Positions 37,901-47,310 of a DNA stretch of 61,308 nt are shown here, in pieces; position 1 is the first letter of the stretch, and each line of letters opens with the position of its first letter. Below the pieces are notes generated by a model, which ran no database searches, had not been told where the DNA came from, and was given only the letters and a program-made list of their open reading frames with translations. Origin of the DNA: Verrucomicrobiia bacterium Tous-C4TDCM (GTDB taxonomy: Bacteria; Verrucomicrobiota; Verrucomicrobiia; Verrucomicrobiales; Akkermansiaceae); the NCBI GenBank assembly GCA_002304315.1, contig NEUO01000001.1:1-61308 (forward strand), in the 5' to 3' direction. The position numbers and the translations under genes were made by a program.

Positions 37901-38819
37901 GCCCGGTGACCCGTGCCTCCGACACCGCGACCGCCGCCTCGCCGTGAACCCGCGCGGCTTGCAGCGACATCGCCACCCGCCGCACCGCCGGCCACAGTCG
38001 CAAGGTCACCACCAGATGCACGGCGATCGGTGCCAGCAGCGCGAGGAAGATCGTGCTCTCCCGCGCCGCGAACTCGGCCGCCCGGTTCTCCGACTTGAAG
38101 ATCAGGAATCCGAAGGCGCCGCCGATGACCACCAGCCAAAGCGTCAGCGGCAGCCAGCGGAAAAACGCGGCGAGAGGGTTTCGCTTCAATCCCTCCGAAG
38201 CCGTGCGGGCCGCTTCAAGATGCTGAAGCGAAGTCGCCCGCAGCGTCTCGCGGTCGAGGCTGGTGTCGGGCTTCGGCGAGCGCACCAGCTTGCCTTTCCG
38301 CAGGATCAGGTCGAACCAGACGCGGAAACTCCGCAGCGACTTCAGGGCCCCGCGGGCGAGGGCCCGGATTTCCTCGGCCTCGGCGACCACGCCGTCGGTG
38401 AACTCGCGATGATCCTGGCGGGCGCGCTCCCAGATTTCCTTCGATTCCTGCTTGGTCCGCAGCGTCTGCGCCTGGCGCGCCCCGACCTGGCGGTCCTTCG
38501 AATTCCGGATGCGATGGGCGAGGCTGGACTGGGCTCCCTGCGCGGCGCGCTGGATCCGTGCAAGCCGCTTTTCATAGGCGTGTTCGACGCGGGCCTGCTC
38601 TGCCTCGCAAGCGGCGATCCAGCGGGCCTGGCTCGCCGATTGTTCGCCCGCCACCGACTCGCGGCGCACGGTCGCCTGTCGTTTCGCGGCAAGCTGGCTG
38701 GCGGCGCGGACGCGCTTCAGCGCGGCCTCGCGGCCAGCCACCGATGACACGGCGGCTTGCAGCAGGCCCAGTTGTTCGCGGATCCGTTCGGGGTGAAGAG
38801 GGTCAGTCACAGTCGGCAT
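34956..38819 (-). CDS. FtsK/SpoIIIE-family ATPase, EccC/EssC-like
   Basis: Coiled coils and 2 TMs; HALIAGKTGSGKS, LVDFKKG, LLIDEFQEFF, QGRAFGIH..SQ; flanking degenerate ATPase domains; start at ATG 38819. Confidence 0.9.
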   Translation of the reverse strand: MPTVTDPLHPERIREQLGLLQAAVSSVAGREAALKRVRAASQLAAKRQATVRRESVAGEQSASQARWIAACEAEQARVEHAYEKRLARIQRAAQGAQSSLAHRIRNSKDRQVGARQAQTLRTKQESKEIWERARQDHREFTDGVVAEAEEIRALARGALKSLRSFRVWFDLILRKGKLVRSPKPDTSLDRETLRATSLQHLEAARTASEGLKRNPLAAFFRWLPLTLWLVVIGGAFGFLIFKSENRAAEFAARESTIFLALLAPIAVHLVVTLRLWPAVRRVAMSLQAARVHGEAAVAVSEARVTGLAESLKRELAEQSVGLSETLRGSDEVAQGLMQEGRRKIEAQYARLPAKAEALHQRNMAWFAAREAEGTAEIESSNAGEDVAREAELAQKMAEADAARDAELEKLLFDWETEVQPVHRELAGLLETSGQRFPEWSEEMVQHWSPPSDSERVIPIGRVHVSLPALAGGMPESDRFTLDAPADFEVPLSLGFPDRASLWIEGDSSTAAATINEVVLRVLSSHPAGRAIFTLIDPVGLGKDFAGLMHLGDYEETLIHGRIWTQATQIEERLAELNEHIEKVIQMYLRNEYATLDEYNAQAGTIAEKHRFVVISGFPAAFSETAAKRLLSIATSGARCGVYLLIHRDPNQGAIDPGLTEALEKACVRLLPQGTGFRVAGMPGGADAAVLSSPPQGELATTLVHRLGKASIDSNRVEVPFSNIAPPESEWWKDSTGEELRVPIGRSGAKKFQMVALGKGTRQHALIAGKTGSGKSTLFHVMITNLALHCSPDEVEFYLVDFKKGVEFKCYGSKRLPHAKVVAIESDREFGLSVLQRVDDELRRRGEMFRKHGSQDLAGFRKASGEPLPRTLLLIDEFQEFFTEDDPVAQAASLLLDRIVRQGRAFGIHVILGSQTLGGAYTLARATLGQMVVRIALQCNEADAYLIMDDDNPAPRLLTRPGEGIYNDNAGALAANSPFQTVWLSEDERNRLLDRVTELAAERGRKPAAPVVFEGNAPADLRGNVALTELLQSPPAARPAEARAWLGDPNAIKGPTEAVFARRSGSHLLVVGQAEERVSLLLELAMLTLAAGQPADGARFIVLDASGAAKKLAELLPHSVKVVGPTAMAEAFGELAEELARRTAGEADGPEIFVVIHGLQRFKKLRQEDDFLFSMDDTPAGPNPAKVLADLASEGGAAGIHLLAGVDTWNNVGRWLPRKVMAEFEMRVLFQMSANDSANLIDSPAAGSLGLHRALLYNEALGSVETFRPYAEPDPGWWLRRRWMTRKG

Positions 38820-39015
38820 GAATTTTGGCAAGAACCACGTCGAGTTCTTCGATGATCCGCACCGCGGTCGCGACCGCTTGCGGCAATGGGGCGAGATACT
38901 CCTTGTCGAAATCCGCGGCCTTCGAGTCGCGCCACGAAGCGCGCGCTTCCTCCCAGCGGGCGAAGAGCTCGCGGTTGGACTCGTTGAGCAGCGATTTGCT
39001 GGCACCGAGGCTCAC
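38803..39015 (-). CDS. Small WXG100-like helical protein
   Basis: 70 aa with central SWRD..A..F pattern; GTGA overlap with upstream gene. Confidence 0.65.
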   Translation of the reverse strand: MSLGASKSLLNESNRELFARWEEARASWRDSKAADFDKEYLAPLPQAVATAVRIIEELDVVLAKIHADCD

Positions 39016-39530
39016 GGGTCGCTCCTTTCCGGTTCGGTGGCGGCAGGTTTCGGGGGACTCATTGCTTCGGCGTAATCCTGAAGCAGCCGGATCGAGTTCG
39101 TCAATGACACCACGCCCTTCGGCATCTGCCGCGACAGGGTGTCGTGCAGCCCTTCAAGCTGCTTCGACAAGGCCTCGACCCGCGCGTCGTAGGCCTGTCG
39201 CCAGCGCTTGATCACCGCCAGCTTCTGCTCGGCCTCGAGCAAGGCCCGGCGCGCCTTCTTGACCGCCATCTGTTGGGCGCTCTTGTCGTTCTTCATCGAC
39301 GACATCCGCGCGCTGAAAAGCTCCTGCTCCGCCTGTTCCAGCGCGCGGGCGCGGCGGCGGTATTCGTTCTCCCACTTCTGGCGCTGCTCGGTTTCCAACC
39401 AGCCGCGGGTCCGTTTGACCTCGCCGGTCACGTCGTCCAACGCCCGCTTGGCCCGCTCCGTGTAGCGGATCAACGCCGCGCGGAACGCCTCGAGGGCGTC
39501 GATCGATCCGACCCGTGCTTGTCCTTCCAT
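39012..39530 (-). CDS. Coiled-coil protein of the WXG100 operon
   Basis: QARVGSIDALEAFRAAL N-terminus parallels the WXG100 start; helical throughout; no signal peptide. Confidence 0.7.
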   Translation of the reverse strand: MEGQARVGSIDALEAFRAALIRYTERAKRALDDVTGEVKRTRGWLETEQRQKWENEYRRRARALEQAEQELFSARMSSMKNDKSAQQMAVKKARRALLEAEQKLAVIKRWRQAYDARVEALSKQLEGLHDTLSRQMPKGVVSLTNSIRLLQDYAEAMSPPKPAATEPERSDP

Positions 39531-39542
39531 GGGTGGCGGGGG

Positions 39543-39815
39543 TCAGCGTTGGTCGAGGTACTGCTGGATCCGGTCCGCCTTGCGCAGCAGGTAGGGCGCG
39601 TGCTGGTCGGACAGCTCGATGAAGCGCTTCATGGTCTTCATCATCTGCAAAAATTCGGCCGAGAATTTCTCGTGCTCCTGGTCCTGCCACGAGTCGCCTA
39701 GCGCGGCGAAACGGGACATCAGCGACGAGGTTCGTTCCTTCACCTCGTTGTTGAAGCGCTTCAGCTCCGCGGCGAAGCGCCGGACTTCCTCGGGGTCGAT
39801 GATGGCTTGGGACAT
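39543..39815 (-). CDS. WXG100 family protein
   Basis: 90 aa; IIDPEEVRRFAAEL..SWQD..KF helix-turn-helix pattern (W-x-D variant). Confidence 0.85.
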   Translation of the reverse strand: MSQAIIDPEEVRRFAAELKRFNNEVKERTSSLMSRFAALGDSWQDQEHEKFSAEFLQMMKTMKRFIELSDQHAPYLLRKADRIQQYLDQR

Positions 39816-39959
39816 GGCGGCAGTTTCAGCGATCCACCCCGCCCGTCGAGGATTACCCTGCGCCGGAGGGGGAAATTTCTACCCTTCGACCAACCCCGCG
39901 GCGGGGGGGAAGTTCCGGGGCTCCGTGGAGAGTGCCGGCAGCGTGGCCGAGAAGTCCGG

Positions 39960-40029
39960 GGGAGCGCTGACTTTAGTCGGCGAGGGTTGCCTCCCCCGGT
40001 CCGACTCGCCGACTAAAGTCAGCGCTCCC
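39960..40029. repeat. REP doublet with perfect 25-bp inverted repeat; supplies the stop of the oxoprolinase gene
   Basis: GGGAGCGCTGACTTTAGTCGGCGAG ... CTCGCCGACTAAAGTCAGCGCTCCC. Confidence 0.88.
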
Positions 40030-43000
40030 TTGAGGCGATCCCCAACCGCCTCCGCCCGGGGTGCGGATGACGACGCGCTCACCGGCCACCGCTTGATAGG
40101 TGACGGCACCGGGCAGGAGTTCCTCGCGGCCGTCGGGGTGGATCCTTGTCTGGCTTCCCGGCTGGCCGTCCTTGCCGCCGTGAAGACCGCGCGGGCCGGA
40201 CGCGCGGCGTTCGGTGAGGAAGGAAACCACCAGCGGCTTGAGGAACTCCACCTCGCGGATCATTCCGTCGCCGCCGCGATGCCCGCCCGCGCCGCCGGAA
40301 CCATGACGAATCTCGTACTTCCACAAGCGAACTGGAAAGCGGTGCTCCAGCAGCTCGGGATCGGTGATCGCGGTATTGGTCATGTGGACGTGGCGGCCGG
40401 AACTGCCGTGGTGGCTTGGACCCGCACCGGAGCCACCGGCCAGGGTTTCGTAGTAGCCGAAGCTGCCGTCGCCGAACAGGAAGTTGTTCATCGTGCCGGG
40501 GCCGTTGGCGGCGAGGCCCAGCGCCTCTAACAGCAGGTCGGTCAGCCGCTGGCTGGTCTCGACATTGCCGCCGACCACCGCCGGGGCGGTCGCGGGATCG
40601 TCGCCGAAATCCGGCGAAAGGAGGCCAGGTGGAATGATGATCTCGACGGCAAAAAGCAGGCCTTCATTCAGCGGTACATCTTCGCCCAGCCACAGCCGCA
40701 GGGCGAACAGGACGGCACTGCGGACGATGGCGGGCGTGGCATTGAGATTCCGCGGGTGGACGCCGCCGCTGCCGGTGAAATCGAAGCACATCCGCCCGTC
40801 CGCCGCGGAGAGGCGGAGCTGCAGCGGAGTTCCATCGTCAAGGATTGTGGTAACGGTTCGGTCAAGGGAGACGCCGGTTAGTCGCTTGGTCATTAGCGCG
40901 GTGGATGGACCAAGAATGCCGCGAATCTCCAATCGGACGACCCTCCCGCCGTGTTCGGTGCACAGTCGTTCGGTCGCGTGGACGCCGTGATGAATGGACG
41001 CGAGCTGGGCTTCCAGGTCGGCGAGGTTGTCGGAAATGCGACGGGACGGCCACTGGGCATCGCGGAGCAGCACTTCGATTTCCGTGAATTGCGGGATGCC
41101 CGAACGGACGAGAAAGCGCGGGGCAATGACGACCCCTTCCTCCAAGAGATAGCGGGCATCAGCGGGCATCGAGCCGGGGGCCTTACCTCCGATCTCGGCA
41201 TGGTGGGCGCGATTGGCGACGATAGCGACCCGCATTCCTTGTGCGTCGAAAACGGGGGCAATCAGGGTGACATCGGGAAGATGGGAGCCCCCGAAGCCGG
41301 GGTGATTGGTGATGATGACATCGCCAGGGCCGGGATCGAGGACCCGCAGGACTTCGCGGACGCAAACGCCGAGCGCACCAAGGTGGACCGGGACGTGCGG
41401 CGCACTGGCAGCGAGGTGGCCCGCGCCATCGAGCAGGGCGCAGGAGTAGTCGAGGCGCTCCTTCACGTTGGTAGAAAGCGCGGTGCGGCGGAGTTTCTCA
41501 CCCATCGCAGTCACGATGCCTTCGAAGCGGCTGCGGAAGAGGGCGCTCGTGACGGGAGAGTAAAGGCGAACGCCGAACATCGAACATTGAACATCCAACG
41601 CTGAATCAAGAGCGGGTGGCTCGGACCTCTCCAACAACAATGTCCCTCGGCTGCCGCGGCGGAGCTGCCAAGCGGCGGGGATGACGCAGGTGGAGAAGCG
41701 GTCCTGAAGCAGGACGGGGCCGGATTGCCGTGGCTGGTGCCCGTCCGTTCCCGGTGCGTCTTGCGCCAGGGTCTCAGCCGCGGCAGCGCGCAAAAGCGGA
41801 CCGAACTCTTCGGTCGAAGTTTCGGCGCTGCGTTCCTCCGCGACGATCCGGAGCGCGACCAGTTCCAATGCGCGACCGGCCGTGGGCGGGTAGCCGTAGA
41901 GCTTCCGGTATTCGGCGTTGAATGAGGCGACGATCTGGTCCGCCGATGCCGATGAATCCTCCGCTTCCACGGTGAGAAAGCTGTCTTGGCCGGTGAGGCG
42001 GAGATCGGCGAACCAGCGGATGGCAGGATCGGGGATGGAGAGGTCGGCGGCGAGAGCTTGCCATTCGCTTTGGAGCCGGGGAGCGAGACGCTCCCCGGAC
42101 GGACTGGCGCGAGACGCGCCAGCTACGGGAGATGCGTCGGCGACTTCTTCGAAAGGTCGGAGCATCTGCTTCACCCGCTGCTCCTGGCGGCGGGCGCGTT
42201 CGAGTCCCCAGGCGCTGAGCAGGCCGGCATCGGCGGGTATCAGCACGCGGTCGACGCCGAGCTTCTCCGCGACGGCACAGGCGTGCTGCGGACCGGCACC
42301 GCCGAAGGCCAGCAGCGCGAAGTCGCGCGGGTCGCAGCCCTCGCGCACGCTGACCCCGCGGATCGCCTCGGCCATGGTCTCGACGGCGATGTCGCGCAGT
42401 CCGGCGAGCAGCTCGGCGGAGGTGGAGGCTTCACCGGCGTCGCGCATTTCTGTTAGAAGCTGTTGGAGCCGCGCTTCCGAGGCCGCGCGGTCGAGCGGGA
42501 TGCCGGCTTTTGCGGGGTCCATCAGGCCGAGCAGCAGGTTGACATCGGTCAGCGTCAACGGCCCGCCGCGGCCGTAGCAGGCGGGCCCGGGATCGGCCCC
42601 GGCGCTTTCCGGGCCGACTTCCAGCCGGCCGTTGCGCCAGCGGCAGATCGAGCCGCCGCCGGCCGCCACGGTCTCGATTTTCAAGGCCGGGGCGAACACG
42701 CGGGCCGGGCCGATCTGCTGCTCCTGCCGCCAGGTGAAGGGGCCGTCGATCCGCGCGACATCGGTGCTGGTGCCGCCCATGTCGAAGGTCAGCACCTTCG
42801 GAAATCCTGCCGCGCGGGCGAGTTCCGCCGCGCCGACCAGCCCTCCGGCCGGACCGGAGAGAAGAGAATCTTTCGGCCGGAAGCGGCTCGCGGGGACCAG
42901 TCCGCCGGCGCTCGTCATCAGCCACGGTTCGGAGCCGCCGAGCGGTTCCGACACGCGGCGGACAAAATGCTTCATCACGGGGGTGAGAAAAGCCTCCGCC

Positions 43001-43797
43001 ACCGCGGTTTCGGCACGCGGCAGCAAGCGGATCAGCGGGGCGATGTCGGAAGAGAGGATGACCTCCGCGAATCCGGCAGCGCGCAGGATTTTTCCGGCGC
43101 GGTGCTCGTGGGCCGGCTCGCGCCAAGCGTGGAGAAAGGCCACCGCAGCGACGGTGCAGCCGGCTTGCAAGGCCTCTGCGGCGGCGTGGCGGAGGGCTGA
43201 CTCGTCGAGCGGCACGACTTCATGGCCTGAGGCATCGTGGCGGCCGGCGATCGCGGCGGTGAAGGCGGGCAGCACCTCGGGGACCGGCTGGTCGAGCGAG
43301 AAAAGCCGGTCGCGGCGTTGGTCGCGGATCACCAGCAGGTCGGCGAATCCCTCAGTGGTGAAGAAGGCGAGTTTGGCTCCCTTCCGCTCTAACAGCGCGT
43401 TCGTCCCTCGTGTCGTGGCAACCCGGAAATCGACCGGCGGCAGCGGCTGTTCCGCCGGTGTGCCGGTCAGCAAACGGGCGACCGCAACGGGGGCCTCGTC
43501 GCCGCAGCTCAGCTCGATGATGTCGCCTGGCGCGAGACCCTCGCCCTTGAACTGTATCCATCGTGCGCCGTCTCGACTGGCGGTGACTTTTGCCGTAGCG
43601 CAGATCCAGCCCACCAGTGAGCCATCGGGTGCGACCAGTTCCGAATCGGTAATCCACCCCTCCCCTTCCCGCGCCACCAGCCGGCAGCGCAAGGTGCCAT
43701 CGGACAAGATCTTCGCCCGCCGTTCGACGCCATCCGGGCCGATCGCCCAGGCATCGGTAAAGGTCCCGCCGGTATCCACGCGGATGCGCCACTGCAT
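39973..43797 (-). CDS. Fused hydantoinase A/B (5-oxoprolinase-like) protein
   Basis: [58 protein letters not shown]; start at ATG 43797. Confidence 0.92.
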   Translation of the reverse strand: MQWRIRVDTGGTFTDAWAIGPDGVERRAKILSDGTLRCRLVAREGEGWITDSELVAPDGSLVGWICATAKVTASRDGARWIQFKGEGLAPGDIIELSCGDEAPVAVARLLTGTPAEQPLPPVDFRVATTRGTNALLERKGAKLAFFTTEGFADLLVIRDQRRDRLFSLDQPVPEVLPAFTAAIAGRHDASGHEVVPLDESALRHAAAEALQAGCTVAAVAFLHAWREPAHEHRAGKILRAAGFAEVILSSDIAPLIRLLPRAETAVAEAFLTPVMKHFVRRVSEPLGGSEPWLMTSAGGLVPASRFRPKDSLLSGPAGGLVGAAELARAAGFPKVLTFDMGGTSTDVARIDGPFTWRQEQQIGPARVFAPALKIETVAAGGGSICRWRNGRLEVGPESAGADPGPACYGRGGPLTLTDVNLLLGLMDPAKAGIPLDRAASEARLQQLLTEMRDAGEASTSAELLAGLRDIAVETMAEAIRGVSVREGCDPRDFALLAFGGAGPQHACAVAEKLGVDRVLIPADAGLLSAWGLERARRQEQRVKQMLRPFEEVADASPVAGASRASPSGERLAPRLQSEWQALAADLSIPDPAIRWFADLRLTGQDSFLTVEAEDSSASADQIVASFNAEYRKLYGYPPTAGRALELVALRIVAEERSAETSTEEFGPLLRAAAAETLAQDAPGTDGHQPRQSGPVLLQDRFSTCVIPAAWQLRRGSRGTLLLERSEPPALDSALDVQCSMFGVRLYSPVTSALFRSRFEGIVTAMGEKLRRTALSTNVKERLDYSCALLDGAGHLAASAPHVPVHLGALGVCVREVLRVLDPGPGDVIITNHPGFGGSHLPDVTLIAPVFDAQGMRVAIVANRAHHAEIGGKAPGSMPADARYLLEEGVVIAPRFLVRSGIPQFTEIEVLLRDAQWPSRRISDNLADLEAQLASIHHGVHATERLCTEHGGRVVRLEIRGILGPSTALMTKRLTGVSLDRTVTTILDDGTPLQLRLSAADGRMCFDFTGSGGVHPRNLNATPAIVRSAVLFALRLWLGEDVPLNEGLLFAVEIIIPPGLLSPDFGDDPATAPAVVGGNVETSQRLTDLLLEALGLAANGPGTMNNFLFGDGSFGYYETLAGGSGAGPSHHGSSGRHVHMTNTAITDPELLEHRFPVRLWKYEIRHGSGGAGGHRGGDGMIREVEFLKPLVVSFLTERRASGPRGLHGGKDGQPGSQTRIHPDGREELLPGAVTYQAVAGERVVIRTPGGGGWGSPQGSADFSRRVGPGEATLAD

Positions 43798-43889
43798 GGC
43801 GGGAGTGGAGAATGGAACGGGGGAACGGGGAAGCACGGATTGTGGCGGGCGGTGCAATGCCCGTTACCCACAAGTCGAGTGTGGAGAAT

Positions 43890-43999
43890 CAAGGAGTGGC
43901 GGACTCCGATCCGCCATGCCCATGATAAGCCAATGAAAAGCGGTTCCCTCAGATGATTGACGGCTCATTGGATGGCGGATCGGAGTCCGCCACTCCTTG
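43890..43999. repeat. REP doublet with perfect 28-bp inverted repeat
   Basis: CAAGGAGTGGCGGACTCCGATCCGCCAT ... ATGGCGGATCGGAGTCCGCCACTCCTTG. Confidence 0.88.
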
Positions 44000-44031
44000 G
44001 TCTTTGACGCGAAAGCGCCGGAACGACCACT

Positions 44032-45504
44032 CTAACGGACGGCCGCGAGCTTCTTCTTCAGCTCCTCCACCTTCTCCGGATGTTCCTTGGCGAGGTTCTT
44101 CGTCTCGCCGGGGTCCTTCGACAGATCAAAGAGCTGGCCGGCCGCTTCGTTGCCGAGTTCGGTGCCGGTCTTCTGGTTCTTACGCTCCCCTTTGCCACCC
44201 GGGATGAACTTCCAGTCGCCCATCCGGATCGAGAGGCGGCCGGCTTGCTGGATGACGTGGTCGCGGCCGGTCTCCGATTCACCAAGCAAGGCGGCGCTCT
44301 GGTCGAGGCTGTCGGGAAAGCCCGCCTCTACCCCGGCGATCGCGGCGAAGGTCTTCGGGAAGTCGGTCTGGCTGACCAGCGCGGCGCTGGTCTTGCCGGG
44401 CTTCACCCGGGCCGGCCAGCGAAGCATGGTGCAGACCCGGGTGCCGCCTTCGAAGCTGCTGTATTTGCCGCCGCGGAACGGGCCCGCCGGCTTGTGGTCG
44501 CCGAGCTTGGTCACCGCATCGTCCTTGTAGCCGTCATCGAGCACCGGACCGTTGTCGCTGCTGAACAGGATGAGGGTATTCTCCGCCAGCTTGAGCTCAT
44601 CGAGCACCTTCAGGATCTCGCCGACCTGCCAGTCGGTCTGCACGATGGCGTCGCCGCGCGGGCCCATCGTCGTCTTTCCAACGAAGCGCGGGTGCGGGAC
44701 GCGGGGCACGTGGATGTCGTGCAGCGCGAAGTAGAGAAAGAAGGGCTGCTCCTTCGATTCCCGGATGAAGCGGACCGCCTGGCCGGTGAAATGGTCGGCC
44801 ATATCCTCGTCCCTCCACAGCGCCTTGGCACCGCCCTTCATGTGGCCGATGCGGCCGATGCCGTTGACGATCGCGTTGTTGTGGCCGTGGCTCCAGTCCA
44901 TCGTCAGCTCGGAGCGATGCGTGACGCCGGTCTTTTCTCCATCGATCGGCTTGCCGTAGGAGACCTCGATCGGGTCGGCGGGATCGAGGTTCACCACCTT
45001 GCCGTCTTCAACATAAACGCAGGGCACGCGGTCGCCGGTGGCGGCCATGATGTGGGAGAAATCGAAGCCGATCTCGTTCGGGGAGGGCTTGATGGTCCCG
45101 TTCCAATCCGGCCCGCCCTTCGGTCCGAGCCCGAGATGCCACTTGCCGACGACACCGGTGCGGTAGCCGCCTTTCTTCAAGGTCGCGGGCAGGTTCGGTT
45201 GGGCGGGATCGATGATCAGCGCGGCATCACCTGGGAGGATGCCGGTGCCTTGCTGGCGAAAGGCATACTTGCCGGTGAGCATCGAGAAGCGCGACGGCGT
45301 GCAGGTCGCGGAGGTGCAGTAGCCGGCGGTGAAGTTGATGCCTTCCTTCGCGATGCGGTCGATGGCCGGCGTTCTAACAGCTGTCGCGCCGTTGATCGAA
45401 ACGTCGCCGAAGCCGATGTCGTCAGCGTAGATCAGGACGATGTTCGGCTTCTCCGCGGAAAGCACGGAAAGCGGCAGGGCGGCGAGCAACGAGAGGAGCT
45501 TCAT
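44032..45504 (-). CDS. Secreted Cys-type sulfatase
   Basis: PNIVLIYADD, CTPSR..LTG, GKWHLG, SSDNG, EGGTRV. Confidence 0.93.
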   Translation of the reverse strand: MKLLSLLAALPLSVLSAEKPNIVLIYADDIGFGDVSINGATAVRTPAIDRIAKEGINFTAGYCTSATCTPSRFSMLTGKYAFRQQGTGILPGDAALIIDPAQPNLPATLKKGGYRTGVVGKWHLGLGPKGGPDWNGTIKPSPNEIGFDFSHIMAATGDRVPCVYVEDGKVVNLDPADPIEVSYGKPIDGEKTGVTHRSELTMDWSHGHNNAIVNGIGRIGHMKGGAKALWRDEDMADHFTGQAVRFIRESKEQPFFLYFALHDIHVPRVPHPRFVGKTTMGPRGDAIVQTDWQVGEILKVLDELKLAENTLILFSSDNGPVLDDGYKDDAVTKLGDHKPAGPFRGGKYSSFEGGTRVCTMLRWPARVKPGKTSAALVSQTDFPKTFAAIAGVEAGFPDSLDQSAALLGESETGRDHVIQQAGRLSIRMGDWKFIPGGKGERKNQKTGTELGNEAAGQLFDLSKDPGETKNLAKEHPEKVEELKKKLAAVR

Positions 45505-45543
45505 GGCGGGAGAATACGGGGTCCGGGAGCGAAATTCCCAAAC

Positions 45544-46305
45544 TCAATCCCACCACCCGCAGCACTCGTCCTGCGGCGCGCAGGCGATCTCAGTGAGACC
45601 CGGGACTCCGGCGCGGAGGGTGGAGATCGCCTTGTCTGGATGATTGCAATCGCGGCTGAGGTGACCGAGCACCACTCGGCGCAGGCCGGAGGGAACGAGT
45701 TCGGCGACGAGCGCGGCGGTCTGGGCGTTGGAAAGGTGGCCGTGGCGCGACGAGATGCGCTGTTTGGTCGACCACGGACGCCGGGTGTCTGCCTCCAACA
45801 GTTCATCGTCGTAGTTCGCTTCGACAAACAGCGCGTGGACCCCGCGGAGGCGCTCGGTGATGAGCTTGGTGACGTGGCCGGTGTCGCTGAGCAGGCCCAA
45901 TGATTTCTCCTCGTGGCGGAAGACGTAGCCGACCGGTTCGACCGCATCGTGCGGGACGGCGAAAGACTGGATCGAGAGTCCATCGAGCTGGAAACCGGCG
46001 CCGGACTCGAAGATTTTCCACGTCGCGGTATCGACGCCGCCATCGCGGACGACGAGCGCGGTGGACGGCGTGGCATAAACCGGGACGGCCACCGATTTCA
46101 TCAACACGCGGAGGCCGCGGATGTGGTCGCCGTGCTCGTGGGTCAGGAGCACGCCGCGGAGGCTGGCGGGATCGATGCCGCTGGACTTCATGCGGTCGAC
46201 GAGTTGCTTGGCGGAAAGCCCGGCATCGACCAGCAGGCGGACGCCGCCGGCCTCGACGACCGCCGCATTCCCTCCGCTGCCACTGCCTAGGACGATGAAC
46301 CGCAC
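45544..46305 (-). CDS. MBL-fold metallo-hydrolase (YycJ-like)
   Basis: LGSGSGGN, THEHGDH, PHDA, SDTG, EANYD, GHLSN, GHLS; GTG start at 46305. Confidence 0.9.
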   Translation of the reverse strand: MRFIVLGSGSGGNAAVVEAGGVRLLVDAGLSAKQLVDRMKSSGIDPASLRGVLLTHEHGDHIRGLRVLMKSVAVPVYATPSTALVVRDGGVDTATWKIFESGAGFQLDGLSIQSFAVPHDAVEPVGYVFRHEEKSLGLLSDTGHVTKLITERLRGVHALFVEANYDDELLEADTRRPWSTKQRISSRHGHLSNAQTAALVAELVPSGLRRVVLGHLSRDCNHPDKAISTLRAGVPGLTEIACAPQDECCGWWD

Positions 46306-46315
46306 GGGGTGAAGA

Positions 46316-46380
46316 GAAAGTTCCAAGGGAGAAGTTCCAAGTGCCAAACGCAGAAAGTTCCAAGTGGGGAAGTGCCAAGT
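46316..46380. repeat. Degenerate heptamer array (AAGTTCC/AAGTGCC)
   Basis: AAGTTCCAAG occurs three times, plus AAGTGCCAA twice. Confidence 0.65.
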
Positions 46381-46640
46381 TCGTGGCCGCGCAAATTTTT
46401 TTTCATCACAGCACACTTTTTCAAGGCCGGTGACTGGATTAGCGGGAATGACTTCAAGGACAAAGTGCTTCACACGAGCTGGTGTTCCTTCGCTAACAAA
46501 CGGACCCTCACACTGAAGATCGTTAAGGACCGAAATATGTTGGATACGCCAAAGCAATCCCGACTCGAGCGCCTCCTCAGAAAAGCAATGTCGCACAGGA
46601 ACGCCTTTACCCACGGTACGTTCACCATTGAAGGCCGGAA
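46381..46640 (+). pseudogene. Remnant of a HEPN-like gene
   Basis: AT-richer patch encoding ..SFANKRTL..HRNAFTHG (RNxxxH at 46597-46614); no credible start. Confidence 0.45.
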
Positions 46641-46881
46641 CGTCAGGCTTCGCCGACGAGTATCTACACGAGATCCTAGGTGCGGGGACCGCGCCTCCCA
46701 GCGAGGGCTGATCGTTGGAACAATCCTGCTCTCAGTGCTCCAATTGCGGAACCGGGAGTCTTTGGGACCCTGCCCCGGCACTGTCAGCACCCGGATCGCG
46801 CACCCAGCGCCGCTTGCGAGCAGAATTGCGATCACTTCCGCGGCGTGCGGCGGTGCCCCTGTCGGTAGGCCTTGAACTCCT

Positions 46882-47034
46882 TCACACGGACTCGGCGGGT
46901 TCGGGGTGGGGAACGAGAAGGATCTCGTCGCAAAGCTCTGTGAGGAAGAGCTGGTAATTCGCCATCTCCGATCCGCCGGACTTCTCCCAGCGTTCGATGA
47001 ACTTGGTGATGGCTTCGGCGGAGGGGTCGGGCAC
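46882..47034 (-). pseudogene. 5' remnant of an MmeI-like type IIG/IIL restriction-modification gene
   Basis: [32 protein letters not shown] then stop after about 50 codons. Confidence 0.65.
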
Positions 47035-47310
47035 CCCCTCCGCCAAATTAACGAGAGCAGCCCGCACCCTCGTTCAGTGCCCAAAGTTCACGCGGCCCGC
47101 ATTGCCCATGGAGGGGGTGGGATGAGAAGCCTTGCCACAGGCCCTGGGTTCGAACGCAGGAGCGAGCTTCGCGAGCAAATCCAAAGACCGCGCAGCGCAC
47201 TTCTGCCTTTCCGGGAGCACCAGTGTCGGAGGCAAGTATGCCCCCGTGCCAAAAATCCCTTCAACTTTGCGCTTCACATACCCCGACTCCAAAGCGCCAT
47301 AGTCACCGGC

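Noticed and set aside
34956-38819. Housekeeping FtsK DNA translocase
   Set aside because: No gamma domain evident; multiple ATPase-like domains and WXG100 neighbours indicate the EccC/EssC type
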